From Chlamydiota bacterium (GTDB lineage Bacteria; Chlamydiota; Chlamydiia; Chlamydiales; SM23-39), in the NCBI GenBank assembly GCA_038534095.1, contig JBCAXK010000006.1:1-56952 (forward strand): DNA of 56,952 nt, read 5' to 3'. Positions 37,169 to 46,364 of the stretch are shown here, one piece after another. Below the pieces are notes generated by a model, which saw nothing but the letters and a program-made list of their open reading frames with translations, did no database searches and had not been told where the DNA came from. The number at the start of each line of letters is the position of its first letter. Position 1 is the stretch's first letter. A program made the position numbers and the translations under genes.

Positions 37169-38038
37169 TCAAATCGATTGGAAATCTGCTCTGACAGTTG
37201 AATTCTGAATCTGCTCAATGCTAGCTTTAAGAGCGCTTTTGCTCTCTGCCTTTCTTTCTAGATGAGAAACGCTGTGTTGTTTTTGACTTTCTAGCTCTGT
37301 TGCCGGGAAAAAAGGGCGCATAATCGTAATGGTCAGAGATTTTTTCAACGCTTGCAACCCACATTCAGCAGCAAGAAAAGCCGCGCAAGATCCAACAGCC
37401 CAATAAGAATAGGAAAAACTCGGTTTGCCCGGATTGAGTTCCTGTTGGGTTCCCCAATATTTGCAGCTATTGATGAACATAAAGAGGGAAGAAACGCTTG
37501 CCCAAAAGCAGATATTGGCTAAAAAAATACGCATCTTCATCGTCTCTTTTTTTGCGGCAGTGTTTTGTGCAAGTGCCTTGCCCGCCTCTAAGCCGGGCCA
37601 TATGTTGATCTTTCTGAGCAATTTTCCGCAGTAAGTGGGATGGCGCTCGCCCTTCTTAACCGAAAGATTCTCTAAAATTTCGTCTTGACGATGGACTTTT
37701 TTGTACCAAAAATGAGAGCGGCAAAGCGCATCATTGAATATTTGCCTGCTTACGTGAAAATGGTAAATAGTGCAAATCAAGACGACCCCAGAAAAGAAAC
37801 AGGTGGTTAAAGTATTTCCGATGGGCTCAGAGCTAGGGCGCTCTTCCAGTACTTTAATATTTTTTATTTCTGTGCCTCCTTGGTAACTAGAAATTGCGGA
37901 CAAGAGTGTGAAGGAAAATTTGAAGGCTGTAACAAAAACATCGGTACAAAACAGTTCACCATCCATCCCTTCGTTTGAGGCAATGTCGCTGTTTCTAGGA
38001 GCATGAAACGAGCCGTAATCTGTATGAGCACCAAGCAT
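37169..38038 (-). CDS. Orphan 4-TM membrane protein
   Basis: Two pairs of hydrophobic helices; AT-rich upstream region. Confidence 0.72.
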   Translation of the reverse strand: MLGAHTDYGSFHAPRNSDIASNEGMDGELFCTDVFVTAFKFSFTLLSAISSYQGGTEIKNIKVLEERPSSEPIGNTLTTCFFSGVVLICTIYHFHVSRQIFNDALCRSHFWYKKVHRQDEILENLSVKKGERHPTYCGKLLRKINIWPGLEAGKALAQNTAAKKETMKMRIFLANICFWASVSSLFMFINSCKYWGTQQELNPGKPSFSYSYWAVGSCAAFLAAECGLQALKKSLTITIMRPFFPATELESQKQHSVSHLERKAESKSALKASIEQIQNSTVRADFQSI

Positions 38039-38280
38039 TTTCTCTAAACCTATTTGTTAATAATGAAATATAAGTATAGTTTATATGTTTGTTTTTTTTA
38101 TTAAAACATTTTGCAGAAAAATATCGGTTTATTTTGAATAAAAAGATATTTCAAATAATTAAAGTGAAAAAAATACTTTTCCTGAACTCTAGACAAAGAT
38201 CATTTTTCGAACATGTTCTTGTGAGCAGCTGAATAAACGCCCTTTATGGTAAAATGGTTCGATAAAAATAGAGAAAAACA

Positions 38281-39090
38281 ATGCATCATTCCCGAGAAAA
38301 ACTCCCTGCCCCCTATTTTGACGCGCATGCCCACATTAGCAGTATGGAGAGACCTGAAGAGATCATCGCAAGAGCTGCCGAGAGCGCCCCTTTTGGTGTT
38401 TTGAATATCTGTACCAATGAAAAAACCTTGGAAGAAGGCCTCCGATTGGGGAAAAAGTATCCCTACCTCTACAACGCAGGGGCGACTGTGCCCAATGATG
38501 TGGACAACGCTTCTGAAGAGAGTATTACCCTTTTTGAAAAGAGAGCAAGAGAGGGAGCTTTTGTAGCCGTAGGAGAAACAGGTCTCGATTATTATTACGA
38601 AACCAAATCCAAAGAGCGACAAAAACGGTTTTTAAAGCGCTACCTGCATCTTGCTTGGGAAACATCTTTACCCCTCATTTTCCATTGCAGAAATGCCTTT
38701 GCAGATCTTTTTGCTTTTTGTGATGCGGAGTATGGACAGGTAGGAGGATTTCCCGCCATGGTCCACTGTTTTACTGGCTCTGAAAAAGAAGCAGAAGGTG
38801 TCCTGAAACGGGGCTGGTTTCTGTCTTGTAGCGGGATTGTTACCTATAAAAAAAGTGAGGCACTTCGTCAAGTGATCGGGCAGGTTCCTATAGAGCGGCT
38901 CCTTGTTGAAACAGATTGTCCCTATTTAGCGCCTCAAAGTGTTCGTGGCAAAGTGAACGAACCGAGATACCTTTGGGAGACGATCGAAATGGTTGCAAAC
39001 ATCAAACACATGCCTACAGAAGAGGTCGCTAAAGCTACATATCAAAATGCGCATAGGCTCTTTTCTTTGAGCGGCGGCCCTAGTGGATAA
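38281..39090 (+). CDS. tatD: TatD-family nuclease
   Basis: DAHAH, VGETGLDY, FHCR, VHCF and ETDCPYLAP. Confidence 0.95.
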   Translation: MHHSREKLPAPYFDAHAHISSMERPEEIIARAAESAPFGVLNICTNEKTLEEGLRLGKKYPYLYNAGATVPNDVDNASEESITLFEKRAREGAFVAVGETGLDYYYETKSKERQKRFLKRYLHLAWETSLPLIFHCRNAFADLFAFCDAEYGQVGGFPAMVHCFTGSEKEAEGVLKRGWFLSCSGIVTYKKSEALRQVIGQVPIERLLVETDCPYLAPQSVRGKVNEPRYLWETIEMVANIKHMPTEEVAKATYQNAHRLFSLSGGPSG

Positions 39091-39346
39091 CTAAAGAAAG
39101 GCGTTAGCAGAAGAAAGTCATTGATCTAATCATGGGAAACTCCTACCATCGAATTGATTGAATAAAATATCCCTGCTGCTTGGGATAACCTGGCTGTATA
39201 AATGCCCTTCAACACAATTTTTTTTAAGGGATCAGAACGTCGAAAAGCGAGATTTTCCTCTTTTTTGAGAACTGGACCCACTTGTACAAAACAAGTTGAT
39301 GTGCACAAGCTATGGCCCCGGTAGCGGGTTTTTTTTCTTTCCCAAT

Positions 39347-40060
39347 TCATAAAAGCGTTGTCGCCTTTCTATGAGGGCGCGTTTTCATAAATAGCGCTTC
39401 TTCTAAGGAAAATTTTTTCAAGAAAAACTCTTGCTGTATCCGGTTCAATATAGAACGAATGAGCTGATCTTTGCTCGAAAAATGCGCATTTAACGGCGTT
39501 AAAAATGCCTCATGGGATCTTCCGGCCCGATAAGAAGGGGTTTTTGGTGGGTGCTTTAAGTAAGCCATGTTCGTTTTGCAAAACTTCCAAAGAAAAGAGG
39601 AGTGCAATAGCCAGCGATCTTTTCGAAGATAAAAAGCGTTTCCAGCGCATTTAGCGTTGTTGATCACAAAATCATTTTCTTGTAGGAGCAAAGGAGTTTT
39701 TTGAAAAGCGTCTGCGTAGAGCCTATGCGCCCAAGATACAATCGATTCGGGAGTCGCCGACTCAAAGGCGCCTTTTTTCGGAAGAATCCAGGTCAAAAAT
39801 AGGGTGTCTTCATCGACCACGACGGAGCCGCCTCCACTAAAGCGCCTTATGATCGGGAGGGGATCTGTAGAAATCTTAGTGGTATGTACCATCTCTTCCA
39901 CATCTGAGGAGATTCCCAAAACAATGCTTTTAGGAGACCCTTCGTTGAGTAGAAAAAAGGGTCGATCATCCGCGCGTAAGAGAGCCTCTTCGATTTGTAA
40001 CTGGGAAAAAATGGGGAAGCCTTTTGTCTGCAGTAGATACAACTCTTGGAGCGTGTTCAT
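39347..40060 (-). CDS. lplA: Lipoate-protein ligase A family protein
   Basis: QLQIEEALLR, RRFSGGGSV, KCAGNA and LLHSSFL. The ATG at 40060 overlaps the upstream TGA. Confidence 0.85.
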   Translation of the reverse strand: MNTLQELYLLQTKGFPIFSQLQIEEALLRADDRPFFLLNEGSPKSIVLGISSDVEEMVHTTKISTDPLPIIRRFSGGGSVVVDEDTLFLTWILPKKGAFESATPESIVSWAHRLYADAFQKTPLLLQENDFVINNAKCAGNAFYLRKDRWLLHSSFLWKFCKTNMAYLKHPPKTPSYRAGRSHEAFLTPLNAHFSSKDQLIRSILNRIQQEFFLKKFSLEEALFMKTRPHRKATTLL

Positions 40061-40857
40061 TCTTCCCTCCATGCTTGCAGAAGTTTTTCGACGATGTGGG
40101 CAAATTTTTCTTGCCGCGTTCCCTCTATTTCGCCGCTTTTCATCACAGAAAATTTGATCGGATGGGGTAAATTTTGCAAAAGAGAGGCGGCTACGTGAGC
40201 GGCTTTCCTGTAAGAACTGTTTAGAAGCACAATCTGACAAGTGGTATTTTCCCAAGGTAGAAATAGCGCCTCATTGTCGATGGTTTTCCGAATTTCCTCA
40301 CTAAGCCGCTCTTTTGCAAGAGCCATATACTCGCTATCTTGATTGGGAGCGATTGGGTTCATTTGTACAAGTAGAGTGAACGTTTTTTCTCTTGTTGCTA
40401 GTTTTTCGAGAATTTTATGGGGGAGAGTAGAAAAGTGCTTTGAGGATTTTTTGGTGAATTTCTTTTGTGATGCATCTTCGTGCCATTCCCCCATTTTGAG
40501 CGCTAGGTTCATTTTGAGCGTCCACTCATCAGGGTCGTACGTGTTGTAAATATACTCGGCAATCCCCGCTTCAATCGCTTCGATTTTTTTTTTCGAAGAA
40601 AGAGGGGGTTCTACCAAAATAATCGGAATAGAAAATGCCCCATAGGCACTCCGAATCGAGCGGGCCAGCATTTTTGCTTCTTCGAAAAACGAGGCGCCTT
40701 CAACAAGAATTAGATCGACGGAAGTCGCTTCGATCCTTTCTTGGGCTTCCTCAAGAGATTGGATCTGGATTGTGTAGTACTTGTTTTTTAAGATTTTATT
40801 GATTTCGGCTGTAAGAAAAATATTTTTTACAAAAACAAGAAGAACAGGCAAATCCAT
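40057..40857 (-). CDS. Degenerate receiver (REC) domain plus probable degenerate GGDEF-like domain
   Basis: DLILVE, IPIILV and AIEAGIAEYI fit REC. The C-terminal pattern fits the GGDEF fold, with WENTT at the signature position. ATG at 40857 with a GGAG SD. Confidence 0.65.
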   Translation of the reverse strand: MDLPVLLVFVKNIFLTAEINKILKNKYYTIQIQSLEEAQERIEATSVDLILVEGASFFEEAKMLARSIRSAYGAFSIPIILVEPPLSSKKKIEAIEAGIAEYIYNTYDPDEWTLKMNLALKMGEWHEDASQKKFTKKSSKHFSTLPHKILEKLATREKTFTLLVQMNPIAPNQDSEYMALAKERLSEEIRKTIDNEALFLPWENTTCQIVLLNSSYRKAAHVAASLLQNLPHPIKFSVMKSGEIEGTRQEKFAHIVEKLLQAWREE

Positions 40858-41084
40858 AATCGCTCCAAAAGGCCGTGTATTGAGCCTTCCCTTGCGCAAA
40901 ATACCCTTTGATAGGTTCCTCTTTTTCCCTGAGAACACAAAATCGGCCAAAGTTCGGTGATCTTCAAGATGCTGAAACGTAGAGGGAGGTTTTTTTGAAG
41001 CTAAAGGGGGCAAACCTTTCTTCAAAATACACTTACGCGAGTGGGCCTTTTATTCTTAGAAACTATTCTACGTGTTGTACTTAT

Positions 41085-42917
41085 TTACAGGCTTCCGTTT
41101 TTTTTCAAATGGATTAGCAAAATCGAGATATCTGCGTAGGTTACTCCCGCAATTCTAGAGGCTGTTTGGAGATTTTCTGGTGAAAAGGTGTTGAGCGCTT
41201 CAAGAGCTTCTTTCCGAAGGCCGGTCACGGAAGAAAAAGAGAATCCCCTAGGAATAGGCACATTTTGTAAATCCCGTAAACGGGCAATTTCCTGCTCTTG
41301 GCGGGCAATGTATCCAAAATATTTGGCATCATACTCGATATCTTCATTGATGTTTTTCCCATGATCTTCTAGTTTTTCTGGATAATGGTTTAAAAGAGTC
41401 TGATAGGTATTTTCTGGTCTGCGCAAAAGCTGCTCTAGAGAAAGGGTTTTGCCCTCCACAGCAACAAAGGTTTTAGCGAGGTGTTTTTTCGTGTTTGCAA
41501 GGATGGTTTTTTTTTCACGAAGACGCTTTTTTTGTTCTTCAGAAAGTAAGTTGCCTAATGAAAAGGCTTTTTCCCGTAGCCTTAGATCGGCGTTATCTTG
41601 GCGGAGAAGAAGGCGGTGTTCTGCTCGTGAGGTGAACATGCGGTAGGGCTCAAATAGCTCTGTAGAAATCAAATCATCAATCATCACGCCGATGTACCCT
41701 TCCCACCGTTCAATCAGAAAGGGGGGCTTGTTTTGCGCCTTTAACGCGGCGTTAATTCCTGCAATCAGACCTTGCGCTGCTGCCTCTTCATAGCCTGTTG
41801 TTCCGTTGATTTGCCCTGCAAAGAAGAGGTGGGAAATCAGTTTGGTTTCTAAGGAAGAGAAGATCTGACCAGATAGGGCAAAATCATACTCAATCGCGTA
41901 CGCTGGGCGCATGATCTGAGATTTTTCCAACCCAGGGATTGTTTTGAGCATTTCATGCTGCACCCAGATGGGCAGGGAGGTGGAAATGCCGTTGATGTAA
42001 AGTTCGCTTGTATGTAGACCTTCTGGTTCCACAAAAATCTGATGCCGCTCTTTTTCATGAAATCGGACCATTTTGTCTTCGATAGAGGGGCAGTACCTTG
42101 GGCCTTTTGCTGCAATCTTTCCGCAGTACATAGGAGATAAGTGGAGGTGTTTTTCCACAAGACACTTGGTCTCCTTGCTTGTGTAGGTAATGAAACATGA
42201 GCGTTTTTCTAAAGGAGCGCTTGGAGCATCAAAAGAAAAATAGACATGTTCTTCTGTTTTTTGCTCTTCCATCAAAGAAAAATCGACGTGCATTTTCGAG
42301 ATGCGAGGAGGGGTTCCTGTTTTTAATCGACCGAGTTTGAAGCCTAAGTTGGTCAAGCACTTCGATAAACCAAATGAAGCCTTCTCTCCGCTACGTCCAC
42401 CAGAAGACTCTTTCGTTCCAATGTGCATGAGTCCCCGCATGAAGGTGCCCGCCGCAATAATGACGCAGTCGGCTTCATACGCAATCCCTAAATCGGTTGT
42501 GACTCCCACAACTTGGTCGTTGGAGATGATGAGCGACTCAACAGATCCTTGTTGGATCGTGAGGTTTTCAAGATCTTCAAGGGTCTCCTTCATTGTAAGC
42601 TGATAAAGAGCTTTATCTTGTTGTGACCTAGGAGATCGAACGGCAGGGCCCTTCGATCCATTCAAAAGGCGAGAATGGATGGATGTTTTGTCCGCTACTT
42701 TTCCCATAATTCCGCCTAACGCATCGATTTCACGAACAAGGTGTCCTTTAGCTGTGCCCCCAATCGAAGGATTGCAGCTTAATTTACCGATGGTATCGAG
42801 GTTGATGGTTAAAAGTAGCGTAGAACAGCCCATTTTGGCAGAGGCGTGGGCTGCTTCGCAGCCCGCATGCCCTCCACCTATGACAATAACAGCAAATCGG
42901 TGAGGATAATTCCACAT
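41085..42917 (-). CDS. mnmG: tRNA uridine 5-carboxymethylaminomethyl modification enzyme MnmG (GidA)
   Basis: GGGHAGCEAA, SCNPSIGG, KTGTPPR, GPRYCPSIEDK and AGQINGTTGYEEAAAQG. Confidence 0.98.
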   Translation of the reverse strand: MWNYPHRFAVIVIGGGHAGCEAAHASAKMGCSTLLLTINLDTIGKLSCNPSIGGTAKGHLVREIDALGGIMGKVADKTSIHSRLLNGSKGPAVRSPRSQQDKALYQLTMKETLEDLENLTIQQGSVESLIISNDQVVGVTTDLGIAYEADCVIIAAGTFMRGLMHIGTKESSGGRSGEKASFGLSKCLTNLGFKLGRLKTGTPPRISKMHVDFSLMEEQKTEEHVYFSFDAPSAPLEKRSCFITYTSKETKCLVEKHLHLSPMYCGKIAAKGPRYCPSIEDKMVRFHEKERHQIFVEPEGLHTSELYINGISTSLPIWVQHEMLKTIPGLEKSQIMRPAYAIEYDFALSGQIFSSLETKLISHLFFAGQINGTTGYEEAAAQGLIAGINAALKAQNKPPFLIERWEGYIGVMIDDLISTELFEPYRMFTSRAEHRLLLRQDNADLRLREKAFSLGNLLSEEQKKRLREKKTILANTKKHLAKTFVAVEGKTLSLEQLLRRPENTYQTLLNHYPEKLEDHGKNINEDIEYDAKYFGYIARQEQEIARLRDLQNVPIPRGFSFSSVTGLRKEALEALNTFSPENLQTASRIAGVTYADISILLIHLKKNGSL

Positions 42918-42925
42918 GGAAGGGA

Positions 42926-43015
42926 TTATTTTTTCTTGTGACGATCTCTTCGGCGACGCTTTTTGCGTTTGTGCTTTGCGATCTTAGCTCTTCGTTTTTT
43001 TTTGACCGAAGACAT
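42926..43015 (-). CDS. 29-aa basic protein, bS22 / AURKAIP1-COX24-like small ribosomal protein (below the ORF-track cutoff)
   Basis: Translates as MSSVKKKRRAKIAKHKRKKRRRRDRHKKK*; AGGAG SD; ends 8 nt before the mnmG start. Confidence 0.88.
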   Translation of the reverse strand: MSSVKKKRRAKIAKHKRKKRRRRDRHKKK

Positions 43016-43046
43016 GTTACTCCTAAAATTCCTATATACTGAGCAA

Positions 43047-43075
43047 ATTTTACCTAAAACCGAATAAAAAAGCAA
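43047..43075 (-). promoter_or_regulatory. sigma66-type promoter for the bS22-like/mnmG unit
   Basis: TTGCTT-N17-TAAAAT on the minus strand. Confidence 0.55.
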
Positions 43076-43181
43076 AAGCTTGGTGCAACTAGAACCTAAT
43101 CTGTGTTCTCCTCTTGTGTTCTCTTGAAAGCGTAGCCTTGGGAGAGTCTACTAAGAGAATCTTGAAAAGGAGGTGGACTGC

Positions 43182-44093
43182 TCAGTGATGCGAGATGCTA
43201 TTTGTGAAAAACTCTTTTTTTAAGAGTAGGCCCCTATCCAAAAAATAGTGTTCATAACTCGATAGAAAAAAGCGGATGAAAAGTGCCATTGAGACGACGC
43301 TCAGCCCGACAGCTACCGGTTGCCAAAACGAGAAGATCACTGCCACGCTTGCTACAACGCTCGCGGCAACAGAGAGGTACTTAGCCCGTTTTTTTCTTTG
43401 TAAAAGCGCGTGCATATTGCTCATCACAGCGTTGATTTTTTTAGGGAGCAACGTCCCTTCCCTTTGTACTTTTAGCAACAAAGCGCACTGGTTTGCCATG
43501 TTTTTTGAGGTGACTCTTGCAATAAAGCGGAGCTTTTGTTTTTGTAAAAATATTTCTTGGGATTTTGGATCTTCGATGGTTGTATGCCTCTTGAACGTAG
43601 TGAGCTCTTTTTCAGAGAGGCAAATGTACTTGGAAAAAAACCTTTGAGCCCCTTTCTCATCGGTAAGCATTTTTTCAACAAATCGGGCTTGTTCGATGGA
43701 GTAGAGATCTGAAGAGGAGCGTAAGAAAAGCAAAGAGCCGCCTAACGGCAGCACAAGTCTGCGAAGCAAAGCAGAAGGCATTGGTATTGGTATGAGCGCC
43801 GCGGCTGTTAGCAAACCAGAGACGACAGCGCTCGTAAGATCAAGCCCTGAGATCGCGAGGTGCCCAAAGCTGTAACAAGCGCTTGGCTGATCGTTTGCCT
43901 CTATAGCGTCTGCTAAATGGTTGAAATGGGTATTGCAAGAAAAACAGTTTGTAAAAAGGCGGTAAGCTGCGAGCGCTAAAGAGGGAAGCGCTGTCTTTTG
44001 CAAAGGGGTCCAAGTGGGCCGTTTTGGGGTAGCTAGCTCTGGTAATAAATCGCAAGGATTATCTGAAAAGTGGTTTTTGAGGTAAACAGGCAA
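43182..44093 (-). CDS. Inc-like membrane protein with two bilobed hydrophobic domains
   Basis: Two ~40-aa hydrophobic hairpins (LAISG..GSLLFL and YLSVA..IRFFL); no signal peptide. Confidence 0.65.
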   Translation of the reverse strand: MPVYLKNHFSDNPCDLLPELATPKRPTWTPLQKTALPSLALAAYRLFTNCFSCNTHFNHLADAIEANDQPSACYSFGHLAISGLDLTSAVVSGLLTAAALIPIPMPSALLRRLVLPLGGSLLFLRSSSDLYSIEQARFVEKMLTDEKGAQRFFSKYICLSEKELTTFKRHTTIEDPKSQEIFLQKQKLRFIARVTSKNMANQCALLLKVQREGTLLPKKINAVMSNMHALLQRKKRAKYLSVAASVVASVAVIFSFWQPVAVGLSVVSMALFIRFFLSSYEHYFLDRGLLLKKEFFTNSISHH

Positions 44094-44606
44094 GATGGTT
44101 CTCTTTTTTTGTTGAGCTTTTTTTACGACCGCGGTTTGTTTATTCGAAACGCACTAGAAAGAGAGGGGCCTAATCCCTATGCTATTTTTAGAAAAAAGAC
44201 CGTTCAGTGCTCATGCCAATCTAGTTTTGAGGCAGCTTTAAGAGGCTATTTATCATTGATAAACGATAAATATGTTAACGGATTTTTCGTTAAATATCCA
44301 TAAGAAAAGATAAAAATTTTTTTATATAGTAATTACTTTTAAGACGTGATAAACAACTCTATTATTTAGAAAAATACGCACATTTGTACAAGATCAGGAG
44401 AGTGTGATCGAGGAACAAAAGGGCCCTTATGGGCGATTGTTTTAGCTCGTGGTATGGAGGCTAAAAGGATCTTTTATGAAGGACCTTTGGCGATCGATGC
44501 AGGCTTTTGTGAAACGCTTTTAAGCTACTTACTTCCAAATTTCATCAGAAGCGGTTCCTCTTTTTCTTTCACCGACAGAGAATGAGAGAGCGTCCGCAGC
44601 AGAAAT

Positions 44607-44635
44607 TTGCGAAAAATCTTCAAAGTCCTTACACT
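44607..44635 (+). promoter_or_regulatory. sigma66-type promoter for tRNA-Ser
   Basis: TTGCGA-N17-TACACT, 14 nt upstream of the tRNA. Confidence 0.65.
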
Positions 44636-44649
44636 GTTGAATTCTTTAG

Positions 44650-44736
44650 GGAAAGATGGCTGAGTGGTCGAAGGCACGTCCCTGCTAAGGACGCGTACCC
44701 TTACGGGTACCGAGGGTTCGAATCCCTCTCTTTCCG
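44650..44736 (+). tRNA. tRNA-Ser(GCT)
   Basis: GGAAAGA/TCTTTCC acceptor stem, CGTCC-CTGCTAA-GGACG anticodon arm, long variable arm GTACCC-TTAC-GGGTAC, GTTCGAATC T-loop and G73. Confidence 0.97.
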
Positions 44737-44769
44737 TCACTTATCCCTGAGCTTTTTTTATGCCTTACT

Positions 44770-44802
44770 CATTTACCCTACTTTGCAGGGTAAATGTTTT
44801 TT
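44770..44802 (+). terminator. Intrinsic terminator after tRNA-Ser
   Basis: Perfect 10-bp stem CATTTACCCT/AGGGTAAATG followed by a T-tract. Confidence 0.8.
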
Positions 44803-44924
44803 GTTTTGTGACCAGTTTGTCCCACTGACCTCTTTGTAAAACCGATTTACAAGGCTCTAATTTTTCTAACTTGTCTTCTTAAATCCCTTTTCCCAATTAT
44901 CCGAAGTTTGCTAACGTATTTCTC

Positions 44925-46364
44925 ATGGCTATTAAGAAGACACCAGTAAAAATTCCTCCTCATTCTAAAGAATCCGAAATGATGGTTCTCGGATGCATGC
45001 TGACTAGTATCAATAGTCTGAATTTTTGTTCAGATAGTCTTCGGGAAAAAGATTTCTATTTTTTAGAACATCAGATCATTTTTTCTATTTTGCAGGCCTC
45101 TTATAAAGAAGATCGCCCAGCAGATATTCATATTGTGGCTGAATCTCTCAAAAAAGAGGGCAACTTAAAAAAAATAGGAGGGGTTAGTTATTTAACGACC
45201 CTCGCCCAGTACGCAGGCACCTCCGCTTACGTAGAAGAGTACGTCAAGATGGTGAGAGAAAAAGCCATTTTGCGCAGTATGGTGGGCGCTTGTGAAATCA
45301 TCACTAGTTCTGCCCTTCAGGAAAAGAGTCAAGCTGCCGATCTTCTCGATGAAGCGCAGGCGAAGTTTTACGAAATTTCCCAAACGACCGATTCTGGAAA
45401 AGCAGCTACCGTTAAGGAAATTTTATCGGGCGTTAAAGCAGAATCCAACCTTCCCTATTTGAAGGAGCTCCAAGCTCGGCAAGAGCGGTACTTGGAGCTT
45501 GGACCCGACGCCGCAAAGGTCACAGGGATTCCGACAAAGTTCACGGACATTGATAAGCTCATCCAAGGGTTTCATCCCTCGAATTTCATGATTTTAGCAG
45601 CAAGGCCTGCGATGGGGAAAACCGCTCTAGCGATCAATATCGCGGAAAATATTTGCTTCAAACAGAATATCCCCGTTGCGGTGTTCTCCTTAGAGATGAG
45701 CGCATCACAACTCGTGCACCGCCTGATCTGTTCCCACTCAGAAGTCGAATCAGACAAGATCTTGAGCGGAGCTATTGATGGTAGTGAGTACCAAAGAATT
45801 TTCTCTAGTGTGCAGACCATGCAAAAACACGTGATGGTGATTGATGATCAGCCCGGTCTAAAAATCACCGACTTGCGCTCAAGGGCGCGCCGCATGAAAG
45901 AAGCGTACAACATTGGATTCATGGTCATCGATTATCTCCAACTCTTATCTGGTTCAGGAACAAGCCGCTCTCAAGAAAGTAGGCAGCTTGAAATCTCTGA
46001 AATTTCCCGTCTTTTAAAAACCCTTGCAAGGGAGCTCAATATTCCCATTTTGTGCTTATCCCAGCTTTCAAGAAAAGTGGAGGAAAGACAGGGACATAGA
46101 CCCCTTTTAAGCGACCTTCGAGAATCGGGCAGCCTTGAGCAAGACAGCGATCTCATTCTATTCCTATTGCGCAGGGAGTACTACGATCCGTACGACAAGC
46201 CAGGCATGGCTGAGCTGATTGTTGCCAAAAACCGGCATGGGGCCATTGGTACAGTGCCGCTCGTTTTTCGAAAAGAGTTTGCTCAGTTTAAGGACTATGT
46301 TCCGATAGAAACCGTCTCATCAGAAAATGACGCCGCTTTTGCTGCGTTCACTCCTGATGAGTGA
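44925..46364 (+). CDS. dnaB: Replicative DNA helicase DnaB
   Basis: PPHS..E, AARPAMGKT, FSLEM, IDYLQL, LSQLSR, SDLRESGSLEQD and AKNRHG; no intein. Confidence 0.98.
   Translation: MAIKKTPVKIPPHSKESEMMVLGCMLTSINSLNFCSDSLREKDFYFLEHQIIFSILQASYKEDRPADIHIVAESLKKEGNLKKIGGVSYLTTLAQYAGTSAYVEEYVKMVREKAILRSMVGACEIITSSALQEKSQAADLLDEAQAKFYEISQTTDSGKAATVKEILSGVKAESNLPYLKELQARQERYLELGPDAAKVTGIPTKFTDIDKLIQGFHPSNFMILAARPAMGKTALAINIAENICFKQNIPVAVFSLEMSASQLVHRLICSHSEVESDKILSGAIDGSEYQRIFSSVQTMQKHVMVIDDQPGLKITDLRSRARRMKEAYNIGFMVIDYLQLLSGSGTSRSQESRQLEISEISRLLKTLARELNIPILCLSQLSRKVEERQGHRPLLSDLRESGSLEQDSDLILFLLRREYYDPYDKPGMAELIVAKNRHGAIGTVPLVFRKEFAQFKDYVPIETVSSENDAAFAAFTPDE

Noticed and set aside
39126-39350. 74-aa ORF following lplA
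   Set aside because: Has an ATGA-type overlap but no recognisable motif; too weak to call.
40858-41025. N-terminal extensions given by the ORF track for the REC protein (and likewise lplA, gspF, coaE, TagF-like genes)
   Set aside because: Downstream starts have SD sequences or stop-start overlaps and match the domain boundaries, so the extensions are longest-ORF artefacts.
335-44736. tRNAs as integration sites of a genomic island; lack of encoded CCA
   Set aside because: No integrase and no duplicated tRNA 3' end was seen. Missing CCA is ordinary where a CCA-adding enzyme exists.
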